From NCBI GenBank assembly GCA_039028615.1, contig JBCCHT010000014.1:96001-160000 (forward strand): a DNA stretch of 64,000 nt. The letters are read 5' to 3'. This document shows, in pieces, positions 33,259 to 43,366 of this stretch. Origin of the DNA: Myxococcota bacterium. Lineage in GTDB: Bacteria; Myxococcota_A; Polyangia; Nannocystales; Nannocystaceae. The translations under genes were made by a program, and so were the position numbers. Under the pieces are notes generated by a model that saw nothing but the letters and a program-made list of their open reading frames with translations, had not been told where the DNA came from and ran no database searches. How positions within the stretch are numbered: position 1 is the stretch's first letter; each line of letters opens with the position of its first letter.

Positions 33259-35088
33259 CTACCGGAAGCGGACGTGAATGTGGTCCTGGTGCGGTGGCCA
33301 CGAGCCGCCGCTGCCGTACGCACCGGAGCCCGAGCCATCGCCGATGAACTTGCCCGCAGGCGCCTGAATGTCGGCCCGTGTGGCCGGCCCCGGGCCCCAG
33401 CTCGCCTTCCAGCCGGGCACCGAGCCACCGGTGCCGGCCGCCACCACCGAGTCCCATGCGGCCTGGGCCGCGGTCACGGCATCGCTGCGCAGCCGCCGGG
33501 CGCCGTGCCAGACCACCGCCGACAACAGGCCATGCGTCGCGGCGCAGTACGCCAGCATGTTGACCCAGATCGCCTTGACCCGATCGTTGTCGATGCCCGT
33601 CAGCCGAGTCATGCCCGAGGTGTTGTACGCCGGCCGGGCGGCGGTGGGATCGGGCTCGCCCATGCGGTCGAAGACCACGTTGCCCGAGCTGACCTCCGTC
33701 CAGTAGCCCCGAGCGTAGTTGCTACCGGCCGCAGGCGCCTCGACGCCGTAGATGTCGACGTCGACCCCGCGCTCGTGAGAGCCGTGATCGGTGATGTCCT
33801 CGCCCACGATGTGGCTGATGTCGCCGATGCCGACCTGCTCACCGCTGCGCTCGAGACAGAAGGCGGCCAGGCCCTGCAACCACTGGATGGTGGCTTCCTT
33901 GCCCCACTGCCGATGAAAGCTGGCCTCGAAGTAGCGGCGCTTGAACAGCCGAAAGTCGGTATTCGGGGTGGCCTCGATGGCGATGTTCTTCCAGACGTCG
34001 GTCCCGATGATGGCCTCGACCCGACGGGTGCTCTCGCGGCCGAAGTGCACCTCGCGATCGTCGTTGTTGTTGCGCAGCCCCACGAAGCTGACGCTGGCCG
34101 CGGGGGACTGGGTGGGCAGGGCCTGCACGGACGCCGACGCCCGCGCGCCCTGACTGCCGAGCGAGCGCAGGTCCTTGCCCCACAGCCCGGCCAGCTCCAC
34201 CACGCGAATGCCGGCCCGCGACAGCGAATCGAGGTGCCCGGCGTCTCCGGTCGGGTGCAGGTTCTGGTGGGTGCCCACGCAGTTCGAGGGCGTGTTGCGG
34301 CACAGGCCGCTGGCGGACTGGCTCTCGCTGCTGCGCGTCCAGGTGTGACGCATCGCGTAGGTGACCGCGTCGTGCAGCATGACCTCGTCGCGATTGGTGC
34401 AGCGCAGGCGCTCGCGATCGGCCTGGATCTGCGCGTAGGTCTGACCGTCGTCGTAGGTGGCGGACGCGGTGGTGAGCACGGGAGCGTCATGCCGCGCGGG
34501 GGTGATGGGACTGTTGGGGGTCAGCCCCGCCACCGCCCGGAAGAAGCACAAGTGGTGATAGCGGGTCTGCGCCGGATCGATGCGCACGAAGTAGACGATG
34601 TGGCTGTTGAGCGTGGTGCCCGACGGCCGCAAGTGCAGCAGGATGTCGATCATCGGGTGCCCGGCCGGCGTCACCGTGGTGTAGGGCACCCGCGCGAGCA
34701 GGTAGTACTCGCCCTCGACCAGCTTGACCTCCTTGACGACCGACGGAGTCACGCTGGTGTCGACGAGCGTGAGCAGCTCGGGGTTGAAGTCGGTATGCGG
34801 GAAGCAGTGGGAACCCGGGCCGCCCGACGAGCCGCGCGCGGTGGGGCATGCCGTGCCCGCCCAGGCGGTGGCGACCTGGGCCGGATCGCTGACGGCGGTC
34901 GACAGCACCTTGACCGCGAAGCCAGGGCGCACGCCCTGGCTGTTTCGCTGCACGGTGGGGCCCGGATAGGTGTCGTAGACGCCGGCCAAGATCGACAGGT
35001 TCGTCAGCGACGAGTGGTTGATCCCGGTGGTGCGGAAGAAGCTCGTGACGAGCGCGGGGAGCTGCGGGTCGATGGAAATCTGTGACAT
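33259..35088 (-). CDS. unknown N-terminal domain fused to MepA-like (LAS) murein endopeptidase domain
   Basis: RQWG, VGIGDIS, HGSHERGVDVD, C-terminal HQDHIHVR; no signal peptide seen. Confidence 0.75.
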   Translation of the reverse strand: MSQISIDPQLPALVTSFFRTTGINHSSLTNLSILAGVYDTYPGPTVQRNSQGVRPGFAVKVLSTAVSDPAQVATAWAGTACPTARGSSGGPGSHCFPHTDFNPELLTLVDTSVTPSVVKEVKLVEGEYYLLARVPYTTVTPAGHPMIDILLHLRPSGTTLNSHIVYFVRIDPAQTRYHHLCFFRAVAGLTPNSPITPARHDAPVLTTASATYDDGQTYAQIQADRERLRCTNRDEVMLHDAVTYAMRHTWTRSSESQSASGLCRNTPSNCVGTHQNLHPTGDAGHLDSLSRAGIRVVELAGLWGKDLRSLGSQGARASASVQALPTQSPAASVSFVGLRNNNDDREVHFGRESTRRVEAIIGTDVWKNIAIEATPNTDFRLFKRRYFEASFHRQWGKEATIQWLQGLAAFCLERSGEQVGIGDISHIVGEDITDHGSHERGVDVDIYGVEAPAAGSNYARGYWTEVSSGNVVFDRMGEPDPTAARPAYNTSGMTRLTGIDNDRVKAIWVNMLAYCAATHGLLSAVVWHGARRLRSDAVTAAQAAWDSVVAAGTGGSVPGWKASWGPGPATRADIQAPAGKFIGDGSGSGAYGSGGSWPPHQDHIHVRFR

Positions 35089-35092
35089 GGCC

Positions 35093-37543
35093 TCAGGTGA
35101 AATCGGGGTGCAGCAACAACGCTTGGTTGTTCGTGGTGATCGGTCCGACTGGGGTCGCGCCGTCGCGGCGAATCCAGGTCACGGTGTAGCGGTACTCGGT
35201 GCCACCGCGGGTCTTCAGGGGCACCCGGATCTTCACCGGGTCGGGCTGCGGCGCGGTCCAGATGTGCTGAACCGGTGCCTCGAAGCCCGCCGCCGCCTCG
35301 GGGACCTCGAGCGTGAGCCGAGCGGCCACGATGCCCTCCGCCGCAAAGTCGTCCACCAACATGATCGCCTCCAGATCGAGCAGCCCCGCGAACAGATCGC
35401 CCAATAGCAGCATCCGCTGCGAGGTCTCCTTCCACTCGCCCTCGGCCACCGTACCGTCCTTGAACATGGAGGTCGCTCGGTAGTGGAAGACGGGCTCCTC
35501 CCCCGCATCGAGCCGGTTGACGCGCCAGTGGGCCCGCGGCTCGGCCGTGCTCAGCTCGAACTTCTCTTCGAGGGTGACGTCGCCTCGCTGGCACCGAAGC
35601 TCGACCATGACGCGCTCGTGGCGATCGAGCGGGTCCACCATCTGCACGTCGATGCGGGCCATCCCCGCAGGCACCCCGTTGAGGATCTCGAGGCCAGCCC
35701 CGTGCCGAGGCTGCGAGCGCACGGCGTTGCGCGTGCCGTCGGCGTAGTGCCAGGTCGTCTCCACGTGCCACTCGTCGGTGCCCTCGGGCCCCGGGCGGAT
35801 GGGCACGACGGCCGACTCGTGCTCGGCGTCGATGGTCACCGCGCGGCGCGTCTGCATGCCCGAGTCGGCCGCGACGGCGTCATAGACCACCTCGCACTCC
35901 ACCCGATCCACCAGGTCCCAGTCGACCAGGCCCACCGTGACCCGAGCCAAGAACATGGGGAAGTACTCGCGCGGGGAGACGTGGACGAAGTAGCTGCCGA
36001 GCGGGCGCCACTCCGATCGCATGGAAGTCGCAGGGTCGCCCAGCGCGACCTTCGTATCCAAGTTCAGCACCACCTGGAGCTCGACCTCCCGGCTGCGCTG
36101 GTGGTCGGTGGCAAACTCGTAGGCGCCCCCCTGCCCTTCGCCGTCGAGCACGACCTCGGTCATGTGCAGCGGCCGCGACCCGTCGGGCTGCTCGCCGTAG
36201 CGGAGCTTGGCCACCATCGACACGATGCCCAGCGGGCCGAACTCCACCGAGGTCGCCACCTCGCCGCGAACCGTGCTGAAGAACGCGTCGGCCAGGTCGA
36301 TGAACTGCACCAGGCCTTCGGTGTCCGTGTCCCGCGTCAGCAGAGCCAGCGTGCCCTGCGGGGCGATGCTGCGGAGCACGGCCGAGGCCTGCTTGGTCTC
36401 GTAGGTCACCCGTCGCAGCTCGCTCTGATCGAGCTGCCGCAGCAGGTAGCCGGCTTGGGGCCGCCCCGCCTGGTTCCAGCGCTCGACCGCCGTCAGCGGC
36501 CGCTCCCCCGCCGCTGGAGCCGGCTCGGGCTCGGAGGCGGGTGCCGGTTGCGGGGCAGCCACCGCCACCCCGCCCAGCCCACCGCTGGCCTCCGAGGTCC
36601 CGCTGAGCACGGCGTCGGACGTATCGGCCATGACCGCGGCCGTCAGCGGCGAGGTGAAGCCTGCCGTGTTCTCGGTGGCCTCTTCGGTGGGATCGTAGAC
36701 CGTCAACGTCCCCCGATCGGCGGCGATGGCCTCGCCCGGCTTGAGGCTCGGCGAGAACATCGAGCCCGACGCCAGGTCCCGCGCCAGCTGCTCGAGCCGC
36801 GTGCGCTCGGTGGCCTGGTCCTCGGGGCTCATGCCCACGAAGTCCTCCTGCTCGATCACGATGGCCTCCTCGCGCATCAACGACTCGAACTCGCGATCGA
36901 GATCGGCCTTGAACACCAGCGTGTTGGAGGTGAAGCGGTTTCGCAGGTGGCGATAGGTCTGCTCGAAATCGATGGTGATGTTGGCCCGGTACGCGGGCAT
37001 CATGCCGCGGAACTGGAGATCGTAGACCACGGAGACCGGGGTGGCTCCACTCTTGGTCAGTGCCGCCGACATCAGGCTCGCCCCCGCCATGCTCAGCTGC
37101 ATGGAGAAGGTGGCCCGGTTGTCCCCGTACAGCGCGGGGCGAGAGGAGCCGATGATCTTCTCGACGAAGCGGCCCGTGTTCGCGCCGTCGGCGTCTCCGC
37201 CGCTCTGCTCCCCCAGCGTCACGATGCGCACGCTGCCGTTTTCCAGCGGCAGCGGGGCGAGGATGACGTCGGCGGCCCCGCCCGTGGACAGCTCGTCCCG
37301 GATGCGCTGCTTGGTCTCCTCGGGCACCCCCAAGTCGACGGTGAGGTCCAAGAAGCCGCCGCCCGAAGCCCGCGACCCCGCCACCAGGGCATCGCGATAG
37401 ACGATGAGCTTGAGCGCCAGGCGGCCGCCCTCGTCACGGGCGATGCGAGGGGCGGCCGGGCAATAGTAGTAGCGCCGAGGATCACCGTGATCGCGGTACA
37501 AGAGCACGCGGTGAAGCTCTCGGGGTTCGTCGAGAGAAAGCAT
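35093..37543 (-). CDS. 816-aa uncharacterised multi-domain protein
   Basis: ATG 37543 with GGAG SD; N-terminal DHGDPRRYYYCP..GGGFLDLTVDLG; Pro/Ala linker; repeated beta-rich C-terminal modules. Confidence 0.75.
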   Translation of the reverse strand: MLSLDEPRELHRVLLYRDHGDPRRYYYCPAAPRIARDEGGRLALKLIVYRDALVAGSRASGGGFLDLTVDLGVPEETKQRIRDELSTGGAADVILAPLPLENGSVRIVTLGEQSGGDADGANTGRFVEKIIGSSRPALYGDNRATFSMQLSMAGASLMSAALTKSGATPVSVVYDLQFRGMMPAYRANITIDFEQTYRHLRNRFTSNTLVFKADLDREFESLMREEAIVIEQEDFVGMSPEDQATERTRLEQLARDLASGSMFSPSLKPGEAIAADRGTLTVYDPTEEATENTAGFTSPLTAAVMADTSDAVLSGTSEASGGLGGVAVAAPQPAPASEPEPAPAAGERPLTAVERWNQAGRPQAGYLLRQLDQSELRRVTYETKQASAVLRSIAPQGTLALLTRDTDTEGLVQFIDLADAFFSTVRGEVATSVEFGPLGIVSMVAKLRYGEQPDGSRPLHMTEVVLDGEGQGGAYEFATDHQRSREVELQVVLNLDTKVALGDPATSMRSEWRPLGSYFVHVSPREYFPMFLARVTVGLVDWDLVDRVECEVVYDAVAADSGMQTRRAVTIDAEHESAVVPIRPGPEGTDEWHVETTWHYADGTRNAVRSQPRHGAGLEILNGVPAGMARIDVQMVDPLDRHERVMVELRCQRGDVTLEEKFELSTAEPRAHWRVNRLDAGEEPVFHYRATSMFKDGTVAEGEWKETSQRMLLLGDLFAGLLDLEAIMLVDDFAAEGIVAARLTLEVPEAAAGFEAPVQHIWTAPQPDPVKIRVPLKTRGGTEYRYTVTWIRRDGATPVGPITTNNQALLLHPDFT

Positions 37544-37758
37544 GGGGGCTCCGAGCTTTGGGCGGCAACCGAAGTCGCGCGCAGGCGGGGTAGCTTCAGG
37601 TTCGCAGGCGCATCCGTCGGACTCAAGGCCTCGGGAGGCACAGCCGCACGGAATCGCGTTCACGTGCGGCCCCGTTCGTCGCCACGGCCCCGCCGCCCGG
37701 AGAAACGCTCGGGGTCACTTCGATTTTCGGTGCGCGGGCCGTGGTGCGGCCGGCCGCC

Positions 37759-38631
37759 CTACCCGGCCGCGTTGGCGACGTACTCGGTGTACGCGACATG
37801 CAGCCGTCGCGTCATCGGGCCCGCCGTGCCGTCACCGACCTTCGTCCCGTCGAGCGTGGTCACGGGCATGATCCCGCGCACCGAGCTGGTCAGGAACACC
37901 TCGTCGGCGGCCCGCAGATCGTCGGGCATCAGCGTGGTCTCTTCCACGGGCGCGCCCGTGGTGCTCGCCAGCTCGCACACCACCTGCCGCGTGATGCCGG
38001 GCAGCAACCCCGTGCGCAGGTGCGGCGTCTGGAGCTTGCCTTCGCGCACGATGAACACGTTGCTCGTCGCCCCCTCCGAGACCGCGCCTTCGGGGTTGCA
38101 CATGATCGCGTCGTCGCCCCCGCGCGCGAACGCCTGTCGCAGGGCGAGGATGTTGGTCAGGTAGTTGCCCGACTTGATGGTCGGGTCGAGCGAGGTCCCG
38201 GCGTTCTTGGTGATCCCCACGATCACCGCCGACAAGCCCTTTTCGTACGCGTCGTCCTTGGGCAGCTCGAGCGGCTTGACCAGGATCACGAGCAGCGGGT
38301 CTTCGGACACGCGCGGATCCAGTGCCACCGGCCCCGACCCGCGCGTCACCATCATCCGCACGTAGCTCTCGGTGTTGCCGGACGCCTCATGGGTGCGCGC
38401 GATCGACTCGGAGAGCATCTGGTCGGAGAACGGAATCGCCAGGCCGATGCCGTCGCCGCTCCGCCGCAGCCGCTGCAGGTGCCGCGACAATTCCAGCGGC
38501 CTGCCCCCGGCCGTACGCATGGTCTCGTACACGCTGTCGCCGTACAAAAAGCCGCGATCGAACACGCTGATCTTGGCCTCGTGAGGGTCGAGGGGCTCGG
38601 GCTGGGTGGACAGGAAGACCTTGGTCGTCAT
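37759..38631 (-). CDS. class IV PLP aminotransferase (IlvE/PabC-like)
   Basis: DRGFLYGDSVYET, HLQRL, KSGNY (PLP Lys), EGATSN, LPGITR, DEVFLTSS. Confidence 0.92.
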   Translation of the reverse strand: MTTKVFLSTQPEPLDPHEAKISVFDRGFLYGDSVYETMRTAGGRPLELSRHLQRLRRSGDGIGLAIPFSDQMLSESIARTHEASGNTESYVRMMVTRGSGPVALDPRVSEDPLLVILVKPLELPKDDAYEKGLSAVIVGITKNAGTSLDPTIKSGNYLTNILALRQAFARGGDDAIMCNPEGAVSEGATSNVFIVREGKLQTPHLRTGLLPGITRQVVCELASTTGAPVEETTLMPDDLRAADEVFLTSSVRGIMPVTTLDGTKVGDGTAGPMTRRLHVAYTEYVANAAG

Positions 38632-38686
38632 GGCGATCGAAGCGTCCATGCTTCGGTTACCAGAGCCCGGCCCGGCAGGCCAGACC

Positions 38687-39442
38687 TCAGCCCGGCGGAC
38701 GCGGCAGACCGCGTCGCATCCACCACACCGAGCTGGCGCCCTCCAAGAAGATCTTCATGGACATCTTGCTCTGCCCGCGGACACGATCGGGGAACACGAT
38801 GGGGTGCTCGACCACCCGAAATCCCGCGACGAGGGCGCGGTATTTCATCTCGATCTGGAAGCCGTAGCCGCGGCTGCGCACCTCGTCGAGCGGCAGGGTC
38901 TCGAGCACCTCGCGACGCCAGCACACGTAGCCCGCGGTCAGGTCGCGCAGGCGGACGCCGAGCACCATGCGCGAGTAGCAAGAGCCGCCCCAGCTGATGC
39001 CGAGCCGCCACGCGCTCCAGCCCTGAATGCCGCCGCCGGGCATCCATCGCGAGCCCACCACCACGTCACCATCGGTCGTCGCCCGCTCGAGCATCGGGCC
39101 GAGGTACTGCGGATCGTGCGAGAAGTCGGCGTCCATCTCGAACACGTGGGTGTAGCCGGCGTCCTGCGCCAGCGCCCAACGGAATCCGTGCAGGTACGCC
39201 GGGCCCAGGCCCTCCTTACCCGCTCGATGCACGACGTGAATGCGAGGGTCTTCGGCCGCGCGCGCATCGGCGATGGCGCCCGTGCCGTCGGGACTCGCAT
39301 CGTCGACCACCACGATGTTGAAGCGCGGCTGAGCCTCGAGGATGACGTCGAGAATCGCGTCGAGGTTCTCGCGCTCCTCATAGGTCGGCACGATCACCAA
39401 CGGGCGAGTCGCATCGGGGGCGGATGAACCGGATTGACGCAC
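38687..39442 (-). CDS. polyprenol-phosphate mannosyltransferase (GT2, DPM1-like)
   Basis: VPTYEEREN, VDDASPDGTG, GLGPAY, MDADFSHDP, GYGFQIE, DRVRGQSKM. Confidence 0.9.
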   Translation of the reverse strand: MRQSGSSAPDATRPLVIVPTYEERENLDAILDVILEAQPRFNIVVVDDASPDGTGAIADARAAEDPRIHVVHRAGKEGLGPAYLHGFRWALAQDAGYTHVFEMDADFSHDPQYLGPMLERATTDGDVVVGSRWMPGGGIQGWSAWRLGISWGGSCYSRMVLGVRLRDLTAGYVCWRREVLETLPLDEVRSRGYGFQIEMKYRALVAGFRVVEHPIVFPDRVRGQSKMSMKIFLEGASSVWWMRRGLPRPPG

Positions 39443-39548
39443 GCGGCAAGTTCCTCAGCACGGGTAATACCCGCAACGGCGGGCACTATACTAATGGCTT
39501 GCCGCTTGTCCTACATCACCCGTAATGTAGGTCCACGGAATGGGACGG

Positions 39549-40991
39549 ATGAAGACGAAATTGACCCTTGGAGGGGCCGTGGGGGCGGCACTTCTCCTGG
39601 CGAGCCCTGCCCTGCAGGCGGAGGAACCCACGCCTTCGGACGGGCTTTCACCGGTCGACCACACCGACCACCACCATCGGCCGGCCGAATACGACGACCC
39701 GGACTACGCGGTGCCGCCCGTCTCGGGCGAGGCCGCCGAGTACCCGCTGGCCGTGGGCTTCACGCCCGCGCACTCGTCGAACTTCACCAACGGGGGCATC
39801 AACTCGTACGACTACGTCGTCGTGCACACGATGCAGGGCTACTACGGGGGCAGCATCTCGTGGTTCCAGAACCCCGACGCCAACGTCTCCGCGCACTACG
39901 TGATGCGCTCGGAGGACGGCGAAGTCACCCAGATGGTGCGCAACGACGACCGCGCCTGGCACGTGGGCGGCTCCAACTCGCAGGCGCTGGGCATCGAGCA
40001 CGAGGGCTTCATCGACGATGCCAGCTGGTACACGTGGGAGACCTACCTGAGCTCGGCCCGGCTCGCCCGCTGGCTGTGCGAAGAGTTCGAGATCCCCGTC
40101 GATCGCGATCACATCGTGGGGCATGTGGAGCTGCCCGCCCAGTCGCATACCGATCCGGGGCCGCTGTGGGATTGGGACATGTACATGGCGCTCATCCGCG
40201 ATGTCGTGCCCGAGGGTGAGATTCACGGGGTCGTGGTCGACGACACCCTCGCCTGCGAGCTGACGGCCACCGAGGACACGTGGATCAAGACCACCCTCGA
40301 GAACTCGGCCGACCTCAGCGACGCCGAGCGCTGCCTGGTCCCGGCCGGCACCGTCGTTGGGGCGCTGCATCGCAGCGACGACATGATCGGCCACGCCCGA
40401 CTGCACTTCGACGCCGAGGACACGCCCTGCGACGGTGCGCTCGCGACCGAGGGCTTCGCGTTCCTCAGCCACTACGACGGGGCCTGCTCGCCCGCCGACA
40501 TGGCGGCCGTGGGGGCGTGGGTCAGCGTGGACGGTGGAGATCCGATCGACGTCGATGCCGAGGGCCGGTTCGTGGTCTCCGGGGTCGCTCCGGGCGAGCA
40601 CAGCCTCGAGATCGGCGCCGACGGGTACTCGTCCCAAAGCGGCTCGGTCGACGTGGACGTCTATCCGGGCGCCCGGGTGGTGATCTCCTTGGACCCCGTG
40701 CCGGGGGGTGCCGACAGCGAGGGCGACGGCAATCCGGACCCCGACTCGGGGACCGGCGGCGAGCCTCCGCCCGGGGGTACGGGGGGCGAAGATGGCCCAG
40801 AACCCGAGCCTACGAGCGGTGGAACGGCGGCGGACGATGACGGAGGCGGCGACGATCGGGCCCTACCGCCCGGCTTCGGCGAGGACGACGGCGAGGGCTG
40901 CGGGTGCTCCGAAAACGGCCGCCCGGCTCGTTTGGCCTGGCTGCTGCCGCTTCTCCTCGTCGGTTTGCGTCGGCGGGCTTCGCGAAAATAA
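39549..40991 (+). CDS. N-acetylmuramoyl-L-alanine amidase (Amidase_2) with MYXO-CTERM anchor
   Basis: Signal peptide; VVVHT, SAHYV, AWHVG, GIEHEG, IVGH, HTDPG; C-terminal GCGC..LAWLLPLLLVGLRRR. Confidence 0.9.
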   Translation: MKTKLTLGGAVGAALLLASPALQAEEPTPSDGLSPVDHTDHHHRPAEYDDPDYAVPPVSGEAAEYPLAVGFTPAHSSNFTNGGINSYDYVVVHTMQGYYGGSISWFQNPDANVSAHYVMRSEDGEVTQMVRNDDRAWHVGGSNSQALGIEHEGFIDDASWYTWETYLSSARLARWLCEEFEIPVDRDHIVGHVELPAQSHTDPGPLWDWDMYMALIRDVVPEGEIHGVVVDDTLACELTATEDTWIKTTLENSADLSDAERCLVPAGTVVGALHRSDDMIGHARLHFDAEDTPCDGALATEGFAFLSHYDGACSPADMAAVGAWVSVDGGDPIDVDAEGRFVVSGVAPGEHSLEIGADGYSSQSGSVDVDVYPGARVVISLDPVPGGADSEGDGNPDPDSGTGGEPPPGGTGGEDGPEPEPTSGGTAADDDGGGDDRALPPGFGEDDGEGCGCSENGRPARLAWLLPLLLVGLRRRASRK

Positions 40992-41068
40992 TCGCGCACC
41001 GGTTCTTTTCGTGCAGTCTACGTGTGCTAGCCTGCACTACACGCCCCCTCACGGAGTTGTACTCCACC

Positions 41069-41686
41069 TTGCGGAAAATTCGCTGCCATTACTCCTCCGC
41101 GGACTCCTTCACCGAGGCTGTCACCTCGGGTGAACCGAACGCGATCCAGGTGTTCACCACCGACGCATTCGAACCCGGCGAAGAGGTCCTGCTCGAGATC
41201 TACTTCCCCGAACTGCCGGGCAAGATGATGGTGCGGGCCATCGGCCAGGAGTGGCATCCCGCTCGGCCTCGCCTGCGGGTGCGCGCGGGCGGCGTGTTGC
41301 GCTGCACGGGCACGGAACAGCGAAAGCTCGCGTTCTTGGGCAGTGTGGCCAGCGGTGAGCTCAAGCTCACCGCCCGTCGCAAGCACGTGCGGCTGCCCGT
41401 GCTGGTCGAGGTCAGCTGGCGTTGCCAGGGCAGCACCGAATCCACGGTGGCCGCGCTGTCCGAAATCTCCGAGGGCGGCGCGCTGCTGCTGACCCCCGTG
41501 CCTCCGGAGGCCGGCACCGAGGTGATCGTCGAGATTACCCCGCCCGGCAGCGCTCGCGCGCTCGAGGTGCTGGCCATCGTACGCAACACGAGCAACCCCG
41601 ACGGGGTCGGTCTCGAGTTCCTGGCCCGCGACATGGGCGGCGTGCATCGGCTCCGCGAGGTCATTCGCCGGCTCGTCGAGCAATAG
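41069..41686 (+). CDS. PilZ-domain protein (tandem PilZ-like)
   Basis: RRKHVRLP and EISEGG motifs, GVGLEF; start uncertain (TTG). Confidence 0.8.
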   Translation: MRKIRCHYSSADSFTEAVTSGEPNAIQVFTTDAFEPGEEVLLEIYFPELPGKMMVRAIGQEWHPARPRLRVRAGGVLRCTGTEQRKLAFLGSVASGELKLTARRKHVRLPVLVEVSWRCQGSTESTVAALSEISEGGALLLTPVPPEAGTEVIVEITPPGSARALEVLAIVRNTSNPDGVGLEFLARDMGGVHRLREVIRRLVEQ

Positions 41687-41693
41687 CTCGCCC

Positions 41694-43268
41694 ATGCGCG
41701 TGACCCTGGGCCCGGCGACGCGCCGATGGCTGACGGTCGGTTTTGCCGCGGCAACGTTGTTGCTGGGCAGCTGGCTGTGGTTTCGCACGCGCGCGACACC
41801 TCCGGCCGAGACCGCGGCTGCCCCCGCGAGCCCCGAGCCGGCCGAGGTCGCCGACGAACCTGCGGCCGAGCCAGAACCCGAGCCCGCCCTCCCCTCCGAC
41901 TGCGATGCGCTGGCTCGACGCGCGGTCGACCACGACGCCGACGCGACGCTGCTGGCGTGGCTGTGCCCCTCGCATCCGCTCGATCCGGTCACGGCTCGGG
42001 CGTTGTTGCTGTCGGTCCGCAGCGCCGATGAGGCGGCCGCCGTCGCGCCTCGGCTCGCCGACTTCCCCTCGTTGCAGGGGCTGGCGCAGTTGGTGGCGCA
42101 GACGCGAGCGCCCCCCGTGCCAGGGCTGCTGCCCAACCCCAATCGAGCGGTGGTCAATCCGGTCGACGCGCGCGTGTTGGCCCGCGTTCAACAGGCGCAA
42201 GCGCTCATCACCGAGCCGGGACTGCCGCTGGCGGAGCGGACTCGGGCGCGAGCCTATGTCGCCAAGGTCTACCTGCAGGCGACGCAGCAGCTCGGCGTCA
42301 CGGTGGGGCGACCGCCCGGGCCCTTTGCTCGGCTGCTCACCGGACGCGCGCTGTACTACGGCCGCAGCTTCACGCTGTCGTACTGGCGCAACCGCGTGGC
42401 GGGACTCGCCCGGCTCTTCGCCGAGATCGAGACCCGGCTGCTGGAGCTGTGCCTGGCGCTGGAAGGCGGCCCCTGGTCGGGCGACGGAGCCCGGCTGGCG
42501 GTGGAGCTCGAGCGAACCCGGCGGTATCTGCAGCTGGAGGGACCCACCGCCCGCATCGAGCGTCGGCTCGCCGAGCGCGGCACGACGCCCTGGAGCCTCG
42601 AACGACTGCTGCCGCCGCCCAACGCCATCGAGCGCCTGCTCGGTCACGGCTTCGTCGACCTGGCCATTGCGCGGGCGCTGGACGAAGGCCGACGCGCGGA
42701 TGGACCGGGCCTGGCCCCCACCGAGCAGCTACTGCGCGACACCCTCGCTCGTGCCGAACAGGGCGAGTACCTCGCGCTGATGGAGCGTCGTTTCGCTCGC
42801 GTGCGGGCCCGCAGCTCGGCCCCGGCCGAGCACGCGGCGGGCGAGATGACCCACGCGGCAGAACGAGCGTGGCCCGGGGCCAGCCAGGTCGCGGACGAAG
42901 CTGCGCACTGGCTGGTGCGGGCCCCCGCACGCGGGTTCGCCCGGCACTACGCCCTGGGGCGCGCGCTGCTGCTCGTGCGCGACCGACCCGATGCTCTGGT
43001 GCAGCTGCTCGATCGAGCCAGCGATGCCGCCGCGCCGCCGTCGTTGGCTGCCGCCGAGCCGTGGCTGCTCGAGGAGCTCGACGCCCGTGACGACGGGCGA
43101 CGCAGCTGGCTGAGGCGCCGGGTCGCGGCCGAGTCTGCCACCACAGGCCCGGAGGCACTCGCGACCATGGACGCCGAAGAGACCCACCGTCGACGCAGTT
43201 TCGCCCTGCGGCTCCGCGAGGCGGACCGGCTCCCCCGCGGGCCGGGCATGCTCCCTCGCGCCGGTTGA
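41694..43268 (+). CDS. hypothetical membrane-anchored helical protein
   Basis: N-terminal TM helix, Pro/Glu linker, Ala/Leu/Arg-rich body; starts 7 nt after the PilZ gene. Confidence 0.65.
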   Translation: MRVTLGPATRRWLTVGFAAATLLLGSWLWFRTRATPPAETAAAPASPEPAEVADEPAAEPEPEPALPSDCDALARRAVDHDADATLLAWLCPSHPLDPVTARALLLSVRSADEAAAVAPRLADFPSLQGLAQLVAQTRAPPVPGLLPNPNRAVVNPVDARVLARVQQAQALITEPGLPLAERTRARAYVAKVYLQATQQLGVTVGRPPGPFARLLTGRALYYGRSFTLSYWRNRVAGLARLFAEIETRLLELCLALEGGPWSGDGARLAVELERTRRYLQLEGPTARIERRLAERGTTPWSLERLLPPPNAIERLLGHGFVDLAIARALDEGRRADGPGLAPTEQLLRDTLARAEQGEYLALMERRFARVRARSSAPAEHAAGEMTHAAERAWPGASQVADEAAHWLVRAPARGFARHYALGRALLLVRDRPDALVQLLDRASDAAAPPSLAAAEPWLLEELDARDDGRRSWLRRRVAAESATTGPEALATMDAEETHRRRSFALRLREADRLPRGPGMLPRAG

Positions 43269-43287
43269 GCGGGTCCGCAGCGGGGGT

Positions 43288-43323
43288 TTGCACAAACTGT
43301 GCACCGTTGCACGAACTGTGTAC
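43288..43323. promoter_or_regulatory. tandem palindromic direct repeat (candidate enhancer/UAS)
   Basis: TTGCACAAACTGTGCAC and TTGCACGAACTGTGTAC with 19-bp period; TGCAC-N5-GTGCA palindrome. Confidence 0.7.
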
Positions 43324-43366
43324 TCGAACTCGGGTCGGCCGGCGTCCAGGTATGTGGAAGTAGGTC

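Noticed and set aside
35483..38164. 893-aa plus-strand ORF, and similar shadows at 16803-18971, 33253-35085 and 51200-53755
   Set aside because: Each lies opposite a better-supported gene; low-information Arg/Gly/Val/His-rich translations.
39494..39510. sigma54-like TGGCTTGCCGCTTGT upstream of the amidase
   Set aside because: The -12 element is GT rather than GC; too weak to call.
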